Numbered from the stretch's first letter, positions 1-10,629 are shown. The stretch is DNA of 64,000 nucleotides from an uncultured Oscillospiraceae bacterium (GCA_964439545.1 CAYTOO010000001.1:208-64207), one strand, 5' to 3'. The notes: generated from the letters alone by a model not told the origin. A program made the numbers and translations.

Positions 1-10
1 TAGCGCCTCC

Positions 11-328
11 TTACACAAGGCCGTCCACATCTTCTTCCAGTGTTGCACCGTAAGCAAAATACTGGGTCAGACAGAGGACAACGATGCCCATGAAGATACC
101 GCTCTGTCCCACACTGACTTCCACCACATCACCTGCAACAAGACGCACAATTGCGCTCATGATAAAGCCGATGACAGGTACAGAAATGGAAAAAATACCG
201 ATCTTACGAAGGCGGCACACATTCTCCTTTTGGAAAGGCGTGGCGTTTTCAGATTTTTTGAATACAAGGTACACATTGCGGAATACCAATACCATCAGCA
301 CGAAGATGATGGTCGCAGCCTTGTTCAA
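11..328 (-). CDS. DUF2975-like membrane protein (possibly short or 5'-truncated)
   Basis: Three hydrophobic segments, PFQKENVCRLRKIG motif and C-terminal FAYGATLEEDVDGLV typical of DUF2975; RBS AAGGAGG for a following gene at window edge. Confidence 0.7.
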   Translation of the reverse strand: MNKAATIIFVLMVLVFRNVYLVFKKSENATPFQKENVCRLRKIGIFSISVPVIGFIMSAIVRLVAGDVVEVSVGQSGIFMGIVVLCLTQYFAYGATLEEDVDGLV

Positions 329-384
329 TCCCTTTATTCTGCTTACCCCCTAAAGTTTTTTGTTGAGGTGAGCATAGCCTAGTA

Positions 385-424
385 TTTATCGAATATCAAT
401 AGTATTTTAATGTTTGTCGATAAA
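385..424. promoter_or_regulatory. Tandem imperfect palindromes TTTATCG-N5-CGATAAA, candidate operator upstream of DUF2975 gene
   Basis: tttatcg-aatat-caatagt (385-403) and tttaatg-tttgt-cgataaa (406-424). Confidence 0.45.
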
Positions 425-441
425 TTTTATTTGAATAAGGG

Positions 442-471
442 AAAAGGACGGTCGCTCGACCGTCCTTTTTT
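442..471. terminator. Intrinsic terminator, probably bidirectional
   Basis: aaaaggacggtcg-ct-cgaccgtcctttt just after the GH43 stop. Confidence 0.8.
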
Positions 472-476
472 CATTC

Positions 477-1904
477 TTATTTACTATTCAAAATCAACGT
501 TTTAATGCTCAGTGCGCCGCTGCCGTAATAGCGGATGTAAATGGGCAATGTACCTTCCAACGAGCAAACTACAGGAGAGATCGTCTGCCATGCAGCACTT
601 TCTTCAAGGTCAACTGCAAACTCTGCCACAGGCGTTACGCCCTCAATTGGCTCGCAGCTATATACCGACAACACGCCTTGTCCTTCACCGCGCAATACGA
701 GGGAAATCGCAGTTTCTCCTTTGAAGGCGAAATACTTCCAGCCGAGGGTCACGCCATCGGTCACATTGGCTACATAGTGGAGGTCTTTTTCCTCTTCAAA
801 AATATGGGGCTGACTCTCTTTCAAGTCTTGGCCGAAGACAATCTTCCCTACTTCCCCATCCGTAGTTAGATGGCACACATAGCCTGCGCTGTATTCGCCC
901 ACGCCCTTCAAAGGCCCACCGTTTAAACCACAGCTGGTGATCTCCACCTGCGGGATAGAGCCATCGGGCAGAATCTCTACAGGCTGGGCGCAGCCTTGGC
1001 GGGAGGACTCGGTAGCGTGGGTCTGACGGTGATAGAAAATATACCACTGCCCATTGATCTCCACCAAACCGCCGTGGTTGTTGCCTGTCATATTCACCGC
1101 TTTGATGCGTCCGTTGAGTCCTAAATCGCCGTTTGAAACGATAATGCCGCCGTAGGTGAACTCACGGTCGGGATAGACACTGGTGGCGTAACACAGCTCA
1201 TGGCTCAGCTGACTGGAATATACTAAATAATACGTGCCGTCAATTTTCCGCATGGAGGCGGCCTCAAAGAAGGCATGACCCTCAAAGCCCGTGCCATCAG
1301 CGTTGACAACGCCGGGGGCGCACATCTTTGCCTCAGCTTTTGCCGTCAACATATCCGCTTCCAGTTCCGTCACCATGCAGCCGGGGCTAGGGGTGATGGG
1401 CGGCAAGTCGGGATGGAAAATGGGCTTAGGAGCAAAGCCGTAGTAGAGGTATACCTTCCCGTCATCATCCACGAATACGGCGGGGTCAAAGGGCAGATGC
1501 TCGTCCAGCACTTTTCCATCAGCATAGTGGACATGTCCATAAAACTCGAAAGGCCCTGCGGGATGATTGCTGACCGCCACGCCGATTTCGGGTCGGAAAC
1601 TAAAGCAATAGTAGAGATAATACCGCCCGTCGTGACCCTTCACCACATCAGGCGCCCACAGCTGTAGCTTGTCCTCGGCATTGGAGGGGTCTTGCGTACG
1701 GCGATAGGACACGCCCTCATAGCGCCAATCGGACAAATCCTCTACAGGGGCAGACCAACTGACATAATCACCGGGGCAATACATTGTGCCGCCCGCCTCA
1801 TCGTGGGAGCCGTAAATATACACTCTCCCGTCAAAGACGTAGGGTTCGCCGTCCGGCACATATTCACAGAGCGGCAAATAGGGATTAAATGCCTGCTGTT
1901 TCAT
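477..1904 (-). CDS. GH43 glycoside hydrolase (beta-xylosidase/arabinofuranosidase-like) with C-terminal CBM-like domain
   Basis: YVPDGEP, WAPD, FDPAVFVDDDG, FFEA, NNHGG motifs; start moved to MKQQ (1904) behind RBS AAGGAGAG. Confidence 0.88.
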   Translation of the reverse strand: MKQQAFNPYLPLCEYVPDGEPYVFDGRVYIYGSHDEAGGTMYCPGDYVSWSAPVEDLSDWRYEGVSYRRTQDPSNAEDKLQLWAPDVVKGHDGRYYLYYCFSFRPEIGVAVSNHPAGPFEFYGHVHYADGKVLDEHLPFDPAVFVDDDGKVYLYYGFAPKPIFHPDLPPITPSPGCMVTELEADMLTAKAEAKMCAPGVVNADGTGFEGHAFFEAASMRKIDGTYYLVYSSQLSHELCYATSVYPDREFTYGGIIVSNGDLGLNGRIKAVNMTGNNHGGLVEINGQWYIFYHRQTHATESSRQGCAQPVEILPDGSIPQVEITSCGLNGGPLKGVGEYSAGYVCHLTTDGEVGKIVFGQDLKESQPHIFEEEKDLHYVANVTDGVTLGWKYFAFKGETAISLVLRGEGQGVLSVYSCEPIEGVTPVAEFAVDLEESAAWQTISPVVCSLEGTLPIYIRYYGSGALSIKTLILNSK

Positions 1905-1914
1905 GCTTCTCTCC

Positions 1915-3393
1915 TTAAGCAAAGGGATTTTCCGTAGGATAGGGCAGTGACTTGGGCTGATTGTAAGCAATATCCTCTACGCCGAAGTACTTCAGCACTT
2001 CAAACATCGTCTTTCCGCAATGGGCAAAGGCCACAGCGCCGTGGTGGGGATAGCGTTTCTCAATCAGCACATGGCGGTAGAAACGACCCATCTCAGGAAT
2101 GGCAAACACGCCGATACCGCCAAAACTGCGGCTTGCCACAGGCAGCACCTCACCCTCGGACACATAGGCGCGAAGCTTACCTTCGCTGTCGCACTGCAGA
2201 CGATAGAGGGTAACATCACCGGCGGCAATATCGCCCTCCAATGTACCGCGGGTAAAATCGGGCTGGCTGCCGGCAGGCTCCAGCAGACGGTGCTGAATAA
2301 GCTGGTACTTCACTGCACAATCACTGCGCATTTTGCAGCTGGGCGTATTACCACAGTGGAAGCCCATAAACATGTCGCTGAGCTTGTAGTCAAATTTGCC
2401 CACAACATCCTCGTCATAGATGTACTTCGGCACAGAGTTATTGATGTCCAGCAGTGTTACCGCATCGCCGGTAATACAAGCACCGATGTACTCGCTGAGC
2501 GCGCCGTAGATGTCCACCTCACAGGCCACAGGAATACCGCGTGCTGCCAAACGGGAATTTACATAGCAGGGTTCAAAGCCAAACTGCTCAGGGAACGCAG
2601 GCCAGCACTTGTCAGCAAAGGCCACATACTTGCGGGCCCCCTTATGATTCTCTGCCCAATCCAGCAATGTCAGTTCAAACTGCGCCATACGCGCCAGCAG
2701 GTCGGGATAATACTTCCCCTCTCCCATCTCCGCAGCCATTTCATCACACACAGCGGGAATACGAGGATCGTTTGCATGTGCCTTGTAAGAGACCAGCAAA
2801 TCCAGTTCGGAGTTCTCCTCCACCTCCACGCCCAGTTCGTACAAGCCCTTGATAGGGGCGTTACAGGCAAAGAAGTCCTGCGGACGAGGGCCAAAGGTAA
2901 TCAATTTCAGATTGCGCACGCCAATGATGGCGCGGGCAATGGGCACAAACTGCTGAATCATCTCTGCACACTCTTCAGCAGTACCCACAGGGTACTCGGG
3001 AATGTAGGCACGCAGATGCCGCATACCCAAATTATAAGAGCAGTTCAGCACGCCGCAGTAGGCATCACCGCGACCATTAATAAGGTCACCGTCACCCTCG
3101 GCGGCAGCCACATACATAGCAGGGCCATCAAACTTCTGGCACAGCAGTGTTTCAGGAGTCTCAGGGCCGAAATTGCCCAAAAACACCACCAGTGCGTTAA
3201 CACCGGCGGCCTTCACATCCTCCAGTGCTTTCAACGCATCCAGTTCATTTTCCACGGTGACGGGGCAGTTATAAATGCCTTCACCATATGCTTTCACAAC
3301 CGCCTCGCGGCGGGAGATGGACAGTTCAATAGGGAAACAGTCGCGGCTGACTGCCACGATACCCAACTTTACCTCAGGAATATTGTGATACAT
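1915..3393 (-). CDS. L-fucose/L-arabinose isomerase-family sugar isomerase, probably XylA-II-type xylose isomerase
   Basis: VSRDCFP, RGDAYCG, CEVDIYG, FHCGNT, YPHHGAV motifs; lies between xylB and GH43. Confidence 0.8.
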   Translation of the reverse strand: MYHNIPEVKLGIVAVSRDCFPIELSISRREAVVKAYGEGIYNCPVTVENELDALKALEDVKAAGVNALVVFLGNFGPETPETLLCQKFDGPAMYVAAAEGDGDLINGRGDAYCGVLNCSYNLGMRHLRAYIPEYPVGTAEECAEMIQQFVPIARAIIGVRNLKLITFGPRPQDFFACNAPIKGLYELGVEVEENSELDLLVSYKAHANDPRIPAVCDEMAAEMGEGKYYPDLLARMAQFELTLLDWAENHKGARKYVAFADKCWPAFPEQFGFEPCYVNSRLAARGIPVACEVDIYGALSEYIGACITGDAVTLLDINNSVPKYIYDEDVVGKFDYKLSDMFMGFHCGNTPSCKMRSDCAVKYQLIQHRLLEPAGSQPDFTRGTLEGDIAAGDVTLYRLQCDSEGKLRAYVSEGEVLPVASRSFGGIGVFAIPEMGRFYRHVLIEKRYPHHGAVAFAHCGKTMFEVLKYFGVEDIAYNQPKSLPYPTENPFA

Positions 3394-3413
3394 GATAATC
3401 CCTCCTATAATAC

Positions 3414-4889
3414 TTAGCGCAGTTTTCCAAACAACTCACGACACGCAGGATAAATCTGCCGAAACTGCTGATATTTCTCTTCATAGCGTGCAACCAGCGT
3501 TTCCTCGGGCAATGTGGTAGAAGCCACCTCCACCAAATCAGCCACCGCCTCATCCACACTTTTGTAGTGGCCGCAGGCCACCATGGCCAGCATGGCACCG
3601 CCATAACCGGGACCTTGTTCTGTCTTAACCATGTCCAGCGGAATATTCAGCACATTGGCCATCATTGTCCGCCACAGGGGCGATTTTGCTCCACCGCCGC
3701 AGATGGTAGCACGCTTTGGGCAAACACCAATGGCTTTTGCCATCTCAAAGCTGTCGCGAATGGCGAAGGCCACACCTTCCAGCACCGCCTGTACCAAATC
3801 CGTCCGCGTGGTGTCCATCGTCATGCCAATAAACGTTCCCCGGGCATTGGTATCGTTAATGGGGCTACGCTCGCCCATGAGATAGGGCAGGAAAAACACA
3901 TGGTTACGCCCCAACTTTTCCCTGTCGATCCCCGATTGCAGGGCGTTGTAGTCCGTTTCTTTCAAAATATCCTCGCACAGCCACTTATTGCAGCTGGCGG
4001 CAGATAACATACAGCCCATCAAATGCCAGCCGCCATCAGCATGAGCAAATACATGAAGGGCGTTATTCTCGTCCAAACGAAACCGCTCAGAGGAGAGGAA
4101 AATCGTACCGGAAGTGCCAAGGCTGATGTTGCAGCGTTCCTCACCTACTGCGCCCGTTCCGATGGCCGCAGCAGCATTATCTCCTGCACCGGCCGCCACC
4201 TTCACCTTGTCCGAAAGGCCAAGCTGCGCGGCAATCTCCGGCTTTACCGTTCCAATGCAGTGATAACTCTCATAGAGTTCGGGAAGCTGGCTTTCACAAA
4301 GTCCGCACAACGCCAACATTTCCGCTGACCAGCATTTATTTTCCACATCCAAAAGCAGCATGCCGCTGGCATCAGAATAGTCGCAGCTGTGAACGCCTGT
4401 CAGCTTATAGTTGAGATAGTCTTTGGGCAGCATGATTTTGTCAATGCGCGCAAACAGCTCCGGCTTGTTCTTTTGCATCCAGAGAAGCTTAGGGGCAGTA
4501 AAGCCGGCAAAGGCGATGTTCGCTGTCCGCGCCGTCAGCACCTCCCTGCCCACCTGCTCGTTGAGCCAGGCTGTTTCCTCCTCGGTCCGTCCATCGTTCC
4601 ACAAAATGGCGGGGCGAAGCACATTGTCCTCACTATCCAGCACCACAAGGCCGTGCATCTGACCGCCGCAGCCGATTCCCGCCACCTGTTTACCATCAAA
4701 GCCAAGGAGCAGTCTTTCTATACCGCGCTGACAGGCTCGCCACCAATCCTCGGGAGCTTGTTCGCTCCAACCCGAATGGGGATAGCTGACAGGATACTCC
4801 TCTGACACCGTGTTCAGAATTGTGCCATTCTCATCCACCAGCAGAAACTTACATGCCGATGTGCCCAAATCTATACCAATATACAGCAT
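3414..4889 (-). CDS. xylB: Xylulokinase
   Basis: GIDLGTS, GQMHG, ILWNDGR, GDNAAAA, PYLMGERSP, GGGAKS FGGY motifs; start MLYIG behind AGGAGGAG. Confidence 0.88.
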   Translation of the reverse strand: MLYIGIDLGTSACKFLLVDENGTILNTVSEEYPVSYPHSGWSEQAPEDWWRACQRGIERLLLGFDGKQVAGIGCGGQMHGLVVLDSEDNVLRPAILWNDGRTEEETAWLNEQVGREVLTARTANIAFAGFTAPKLLWMQKNKPELFARIDKIMLPKDYLNYKLTGVHSCDYSDASGMLLLDVENKCWSAEMLALCGLCESQLPELYESYHCIGTVKPEIAAQLGLSDKVKVAAGAGDNAAAAIGTGAVGEERCNISLGTSGTIFLSSERFRLDENNALHVFAHADGGWHLMGCMLSAASCNKWLCEDILKETDYNALQSGIDREKLGRNHVFFLPYLMGERSPINDTNARGTFIGMTMDTTRTDLVQAVLEGVAFAIRDSFEMAKAIGVCPKRATICGGGAKSPLWRTMMANVLNIPLDMVKTEQGPGYGGAMLAMVACGHYKSVDEAVADLVEVASTTLPEETLVARYEEKYQQFRQIYPACRELFGKLR

Positions 4890-4932
4890 TGCGCTCCTCC
4901 TCACATGCCTTTTGTACTAAGCTGTAATCTTC

Positions 4933-6288
4933 TCAGTTCTTCAAGCTCTGCATGGGGGCGGGGATTCTGCCGCCGCGGTCGATGAACTTCTTGGGGCTGG
5001 CGGTGAGATTTACCGCCATAATGGGGCCTTCGCCCAGCAAGCCGCCGAAGTTCAAACCCTCCCCTGCCTTCTTACCGATAGCGGGGATGGCGCGGACGGC
5101 GGTGGTCTTGGAGTTCACCATGCCGATGGCCGCCTCATCGGCGATGATAGCAGAGATGACCTCGGCAGGGGTCTCACCGGGCAGCACCACCATATCAAGG
5201 CCAACGGAGCAAACAGCTGTCATGGCCTCCAGCTTCTCGATCTTCAAATCGCCGCTCTGTGCCGCAGCGATCATACCCTCATCCTCCGACACGGGGATGA
5301 ATGCGCCGGACAGGCCGCCCACGGAGTTGCAGGCCATAACGCCGCCCTTCTTCACCGCATCATTGAGCATGGCAAGAGCCGCGGTCGTGCCGTGAGTGCC
5401 GCACACATCAAGACCCATCTCCTCGAGGATACGAGCCACAGAGTCACCCACTGCGGGGGTAGGAGCGAGAGAAAGATCCACAATGCCGAAGGGCACACCG
5501 AGGCGCTTGGCAGCCTCAGTGCCCACCAGCTGACCTACGCGGGTAATCTTAAAGGCGGTGCGCTTGATGATCTCCGCCACCTCGCCCAAGTCGCCATCGC
5601 ACTTCTTCAAGGCCGCATGGACAACACCGGGGCCGGAAACGCCCACATGCACCACGCAATCGGGCTCGCTGATACCATGGAATGCGCCTGCCATAAAGGG
5701 ATTATCCTCCACAGCGTTGCAGAACACCACCAACTTGGCAGGGCCGATGCAGTCGCGGTCAGCCGTCAGCTCGGCGCTCTCGCGGATCACCTCGCCCATC
5801 ATCTTCACTGCGTCCATATTGATGCCTGCCTTGGTAGAGCCGATGTTGACGGAGGCGCAGATATTGCGGGTCTCGTTCAAGGCGCGGGGAATGGCGCGGA
5901 TCAGCTCAATATCGCCTGCAGAAAAACCCTTCTGCACCAAGGCAGAAAAGCCGCCGATGAAGTTCACACCCACGGTGTCCGCCGCACGCTGGAGGGCGTG
6001 GGCATACTTCACGGGATCGCCGCCGGAGACGGCAACCAGCATGGAAATAGGCGTAACGGAGATGCGCTTATTGATAATAGGCACACCATACTCCGCCTCG
6101 ATGTCCTCGCCCGTTTTCACGAGGTTTCCCGCACAGCGGACGATTTTTTCATAGACTTTCTCACAGGAGCGGTCAATATCACTGTCGGCACAATCCAGCA
6201 GAGAGATACCCATGGTAATAGTGCGGATATCGAGGTTCTCCTGCCGAATCATGTTGATGGTTTCTAAAATATCATGAAGATTGATCAT
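4933..6288 (-). CDS. UPF0210/DUF711 family protein
   Basis: [35 protein letters not shown]-terminal [13 protein letters not shown]. Confidence 0.9.
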   Translation of the reverse strand: MINLHDILETINMIRQENLDIRTITMGISLLDCADSDIDRSCEKVYEKIVRCAGNLVKTGEDIEAEYGVPIINKRISVTPISMLVAVSGGDPVKYAHALQRAADTVGVNFIGGFSALVQKGFSAGDIELIRAIPRALNETRNICASVNIGSTKAGINMDAVKMMGEVIRESAELTADRDCIGPAKLVVFCNAVEDNPFMAGAFHGISEPDCVVHVGVSGPGVVHAALKKCDGDLGEVAEIIKRTAFKITRVGQLVGTEAAKRLGVPFGIVDLSLAPTPAVGDSVARILEEMGLDVCGTHGTTAALAMLNDAVKKGGVMACNSVGGLSGAFIPVSEDEGMIAAAQSGDLKIEKLEAMTAVCSVGLDMVVLPGETPAEVISAIIADEAAIGMVNSKTTAVRAIPAIGKKAGEGLNFGGLLGEGPIMAVNLTASPKKFIDRGGRIPAPMQSLKN

Positions 6289-6303
6289 AGCCGTGTCCCT
6301 CAA

Positions 6304-6576
6304 TCAAATGCGGTGCATGGAGTTGAAGATGTCCTCGTGCATGACACGGATCTCCATGTTCAGATCCTTACCCAGCTGATCCATGGCATCGGAGAACTCC
6401 TTGAAGCTGCACTTGAGTCCTGCGATGTCGGTCATCATCACCATGACGAACATATCCTGCAGCACGGACTGGGTAATATCGATGATGTTCACATCGTACT
6501 CGGCGCACTTGGCGCTCACCTTTGCAATAATGCCCACGTTATCGTGGCCAATGACAGTGACAACTGTTTTCTTCAT
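6304..6576 (-). CDS. ACT domain protein (UPF0237)
   Basis: VTVIGHDNVGIIA...HEDIFNSMHRI; usual partner of UPF0210. Confidence 0.9.
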   Translation of the reverse strand: MKKTVVTVIGHDNVGIIAKVSAKCAEYDVNIIDITQSVLQDMFVMVMMTDIAGLKCSFKEFSDAMDQLGKDLNMEIRVMHEDIFNSMHRI

Positions 6577-6605
6577 GATCGTTTCCTCTCTTTATTTGAT
6601 TTATG

Positions 6606-8480
6606 TCAGCTTACGCCGTTGAGTTCCTGGAACAGGTCAAACATGGCTTTGTCAATGTAGAAAGCGAGGTCGCCTATCTGTTCATAAACGGCACCTTTGA
6701 TGGCGGGATAGCTGGAAACAACGCCGTAACTGCCGTGCCACACGCCGCCGCACCAGCCGTAACCTTTTTCTGTCATGGCACTGACCATATCCCGGTAATA
6801 GGCGGAAATGGTTTCGTCTGCATAGCGGTTATAAGGCATTAGGGTCGTGAATATACCAAATTCACCGATCATAAAGCCGACGCCGTATTCTTCGGCAGTC
6901 TTTGCCAGCTCATTGGCGGAAACGCTGTCGGGAATGACGCTATCCAGCACAGCCTGCGCATCGTAGGTTTTACCGCTGGAAGCTGTATAAGGCCACGCGA
7001 CGCTGTGGAGATAGTCTGTATTATCTTGCAGCGCATAATCCACCACGCAGAACTCTCTGGGGTCATAGGCGTGATAGGAGAGTGCAACACCCATCTCCGC
7101 CATAGACTTGCCCGTCAGACCGCCGCAATGAATATCGGCAATAATGCAGCGGTCGGGGGAAATCTCACGAATGGCCTCCACGGCAGGGCCGAAGAAGGCG
7201 GCATACTGATCATCGCTGTTGATTTCCGGCTCAATCATCAGATTAAAGCTGAGATAGCAGTTGGGGATGTCGGCATATCTCTGGGCAATGGCTTTCCACA
7301 AAGCCGCAAATTCGGGGGCATAGTCGGTTCCGTTGGCACTGTCATGATTCCACTGAGCCCAGTCTTCAAAAGAGGTGTCCTTGGTAAGTCCGCCCGTGCC
7401 GGAGCAGCGCAGGTCCACGTGGATATCCCGTTCCATGCACCAGGCGATGACCTGATCCAGCTCTTTCAGCCGAGTCTCATTCAGCTTGCCATCCTCGGGG
7501 ACGGGCCCCTGCAACACAGAGAAGTCAAAGACGAGACCCACGAAATTAAAGCCAACATCCTTCATGGTCTGGATTTCGTGTTCATAAATGCGCTTGTCCG
7601 GCATGGCGTCCAGTGCTTGAGAGGTCACGCGGCCCATATCAAACACCAATGTGCCACGCCATTCGGAGGGCAACTCGGCACAGGTTGCGTCAGGTAGCGT
7701 CGTTTCTTTTGCCAGAAGCTCAGGGGTGATGATGGAAGTGTCAAAGGCGGCGGTATCGGCATAGGCTACCATTTCGGCGGCGGGTTCAAAAGAGTTGTAG
7801 TAACGCAGAGTGGCTTCGGCCACCTGCTCCACTGTCATGGTCTCAAAGGGGCGGAAGTTGAGAGATTCATCCACTTCCAGCACCTTTTTGCCGTTGGTGC
7901 GATCATAGGTGAGCATAGCGTAGTTGACAGCAGGGGAGGAACCGAAGTCGATCCAATAGCGTAGGCCAGTCTCGTCGGCAGGGCTGTCGATCTCGGACAG
8001 GTCGGGACAAATGTCCCATACGCCGCCCTCACCCACCTCTCCGTCCAGACGTTGGGTGATCACCTGCGAGTCGGGCCACATACTTTGAATTTCATTTTCG
8101 GAGCAGTAGGTTGCCCACTGATCGTAGTTCTCGTAGGGAGCATCATGGACAGATTCCATTGCGGAAAAATAAAGGGCCTGGGCGAAGTAGTAGCGGGTCG
8201 TTTCCTTGTCTTCCTCTACAACTTCGGGGTCAGCAAGATATTTGCTGGAAGTTCCGTACCGAAGTTCATGGACTTTTGCCAACATTCCTGCCGCTTCTTC
8301 TCTTGTGCAGATATCCTCCGCCCGGCTCAACACTTCCATGTCTGCGATGCCCAGATCACAGACCTGCTGCAGCTTGTCAGACAGCTCCACCTCCACCGCA
8401 GGCTCGTTCTGACAGCCCGCCAATAGGCTGCATACCATGACAGCAGAGAGCAGCAAACATAAGATTTTTTTACATTTCAT
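6606..8480 (-). CDS. Lipoprotein with SLH-like N-terminal region and C-terminal GH5-like glycoside hydrolase domain
   Basis: Lipobox LLAGC; SLH-like CTREEAAGML and FRPFETMTVEQVA; GFNFVGL, xEP acid/base (FNLMIEP), SYHAY, IGEFG nucleophile. Confidence 0.72.
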   Translation of the reverse strand: MKCKKILCLLLSAVMVCSLLAGCQNEPAVEVELSDKLQQVCDLGIADMEVLSRAEDICTREEAAGMLAKVHELRYGTSSKYLADPEVVEEDKETTRYYFAQALYFSAMESVHDAPYENYDQWATYCSENEIQSMWPDSQVITQRLDGEVGEGGVWDICPDLSEIDSPADETGLRYWIDFGSSPAVNYAMLTYDRTNGKKVLEVDESLNFRPFETMTVEQVAEATLRYYNSFEPAAEMVAYADTAAFDTSIITPELLAKETTLPDATCAELPSEWRGTLVFDMGRVTSQALDAMPDKRIYEHEIQTMKDVGFNFVGLVFDFSVLQGPVPEDGKLNETRLKELDQVIAWCMERDIHVDLRCSGTGGLTKDTSFEDWAQWNHDSANGTDYAPEFAALWKAIAQRYADIPNCYLSFNLMIEPEINSDDQYAAFFGPAVEAIREISPDRCIIADIHCGGLTGKSMAEMGVALSYHAYDPREFCVVDYALQDNTDYLHSVAWPYTASSGKTYDAQAVLDSVIPDSVSANELAKTAEEYGVGFMIGEFGIFTTLMPYNRYADETISAYYRDMVSAMTEKGYGWCGGVWHGSYGVVSSYPAIKGAVYEQIGDLAFYIDKAMFDLFQELNGVS

Positions 8481-8496
8481 GGCTTTTTCTCCTTCT

Positions 8497-10224
8497 TTAT
8501 CGGATGGATAGTTTCTTTATCAATTCCCCATCGGGGGTCACATACATGGTTTTATAGGTGGTGTAGATCACCATACCCGGGCGGCTGCCCGCGGGCTTTT
8601 TTACGAATTTCACGGGGGTATAATCCACCGCCACCTTGTCACCCTCGCGACCTTGAGAGAAGTAAGCGGCGATCTGCGCGGCCTCCAAAATGCTCTGCTC
8701 ATCGGGTTCTACGCCATCGGTGCAGAGAATCACATGGGAGCCGTGGATCTTCTGGGTGTGGAGCCACATATCCCACTTCTGTGCATCTTTGGTGGTCAAG
8801 CGGTCATTTTGGCGGTTGTTGCGGCCTACTAAGATGCGAAGTCCTGCCGTAGAGCGGAACTCACGGGGCTTGGAAGGGCGCTGGAAGCCGCCGCCCTTTT
8901 TATTCTGCTTGCGAAGATACCCGCCGCTTTCCAACTCGGCACGGATGTCGTTGAAGTCCTGTTCACTCTCGGCAAGCTGCAGCTCCTGCAGGACACTTTC
9001 GAGATATTGCAGCTCTTCCCTGCCCTGCGTCAGCAGCTCGGTCAACATCTTCTCGGCAGTCTTGGCCTTATTATACTGCTTGAAATACTTGGCGGCATTC
9101 TCCTGGGGCGACAGGCGCACATCGAGAGGAATCTCCACGGTGGGACAAGATTCCTCATAGTAATTCTGCGCCTCCAGCACACGCTGACCACGCTCCATGC
9201 GATAGAGGTTGGCGGTGATCAGTTCGCCGCGGATACGGAGTGTCTCGCGGTCTTGTGTCTGTGCGTACTCCTTCTCCCGCAATGCGATTTTGCGGCGCAC
9301 GCGGTCACGGGCATTGGTGGCGGCCTTTACCAGTTCCTGTCCACGCTGCTTAACGCGCTCGGCCTGCTCGCGGCGGGAATAGAAGGTATCCAGCAGCGAA
9401 GAAAAGCTCTCCTGAGGTACGCTCTCGCCGTAAGTACCGTATTGTGCGATAGGTTGATAGGTAAAATCGAAGGGCTTCCCCTGTCGCAGCAGCACATACG
9501 GTGTGAAGTTTTTACCCTTTACACTCTGCTGCCAATGGAGAAAACTTCGCCACAGCTTATCATCCACCACGCAGCTGTCGCTGTCGCCGTGGGCGGCATA
9601 GACGATCTCGCGGGCCACAAGGGGCGAGATAGCGGTGAACTTAGCGGTGAGGCGGGCCTCAGCACGCTCCTCGCTCTCTCCCATGGCGCGGAAGAACTCA
9701 TCCTGCGTCACGGTGAGAGGGTCTAACTTCTCCTGCCGCGGCGGCAGTTGATAGAATAGACCGGGCAGCACCTGCCGCGTCTGGGACATCTCCAAATCCA
9801 CGCGGCGCAGACAATCCACAATGCGGTTGTCGCGGTCGGTGAGGATAAGGTTGGTGTTGCGTCCCATGGCCTCCAAAATGAGGGAAAAACGGCTCTGTTC
9901 CCCCATCTCGTCGGTGGCCTCGATACCGAGGGTCACCACGCGCTCCAAGGGGGACTGCTCCACCGAGACAATGCGCCCATTGCCGATGTGCTTACGAAGC
10001 AGCATGCAGAACATAGGGGGCTGGGAGGGATTATCCCGCAGCTGCTCCGTCATGTGGATACGGGGCTGATTGGGGTTGGCGCAGATGAAAAGACGGCGAT
10101 TACCACGCATCAGCAGCACCAGCTGATCCCGCGCAGGCTGCTGGATCTTCTCGATACGGCTGCCAATGAGCGCAGGCGATATTTCATTGACGACTGCCTG
10201 CAGGCAGATGGCATCCAGCGGCAT
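8497..10224 (-). CDS. rqcH: NFACT/Rqc2-family ribosome quality control protein (FbpA-like)
   Basis: MPLDA start, RIEKIQQP, PPMFCMLLRKH, GRNNRQND, WLHTQKIHGSHV, VDYTPVKFVKKP. Confidence 0.92.
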   Translation of the reverse strand: MPLDAICLQAVVNEISPALIGSRIEKIQQPARDQLVLLMRGNRRLFICANPNQPRIHMTEQLRDNPSQPPMFCMLLRKHIGNGRIVSVEQSPLERVVTLGIEATDEMGEQSRFSLILEAMGRNTNLILTDRDNRIVDCLRRVDLEMSQTRQVLPGLFYQLPPRQEKLDPLTVTQDEFFRAMGESEERAEARLTAKFTAISPLVAREIVYAAHGDSDSCVVDDKLWRSFLHWQQSVKGKNFTPYVLLRQGKPFDFTYQPIAQYGTYGESVPQESFSSLLDTFYSRREQAERVKQRGQELVKAATNARDRVRRKIALREKEYAQTQDRETLRIRGELITANLYRMERGQRVLEAQNYYEESCPTVEIPLDVRLSPQENAAKYFKQYNKAKTAEKMLTELLTQGREELQYLESVLQELQLAESEQDFNDIRAELESGGYLRKQNKKGGGFQRPSKPREFRSTAGLRILVGRNNRQNDRLTTKDAQKWDMWLHTQKIHGSHVILCTDGVEPDEQSILEAAQIAAYFSQGREGDKVAVDYTPVKFVKKPAGSRPGMVIYTTYKTMYVTPDGELIKKLSIR

Positions 10225-10629
10225 TTATTCTCCCTCCATCATGATGTTGAACAGTTCATTGATACGCTCATGGTTATTTTGCAGATACAGCCAGCCAAAC
10301 AGCGCCTCCAGCGCCGTGGCCTGCCGATACTCGGCGATGCTGGCGTTGTGGGCAATCGTATGAACATTGGCGTTGCGTCCGCGCTTGAATACGGCGCTCT
10401 CCTCCTCGGTGAGGAGGGGTAAAATCTTCTCAGACAGTGCCGCCTGACGAGGCGCACGCACCAGCTCCACCGTGGCACGGTGAAGCCCCTTGCCCGTAGC
10501 CTTACCGTGGGCGCAGAGGTAGGCGCGCACCAGCAGCTCATACACAGCATCGCCCATGTGGGCAAGGCCGATGGCAGAGATGGCGTGGATGTCATCGCCC
10601 TTCAGTTGTATATTGAAATAATCGGTCAT
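10225..10629 (-). CDS. mrnC: Mini-ribonuclease III
   Basis: LAHMGDAVYELLVR, KRGRNA, YRQATALEALFGWLYL. Confidence 0.9.
   Translation of the reverse strand: MTDYFNIQLKGDDIHAISAIGLAHMGDAVYELLVRAYLCAHGKATGKGLHRATVELVRAPRQAALSEKILPLLTEEESAVFKRGRNANVHTIAHNASIAEYRQATALEALFGWLYLQNNHERINELFNIMMEGE

Noticed and set aside
4933..6288. UPF0210 protein (often labelled PFL family) as a second glycyl radical enzyme
   Set aside because: No RVxGY glycyl loop and no activase; this is the common ACT-linked housekeeping gene.
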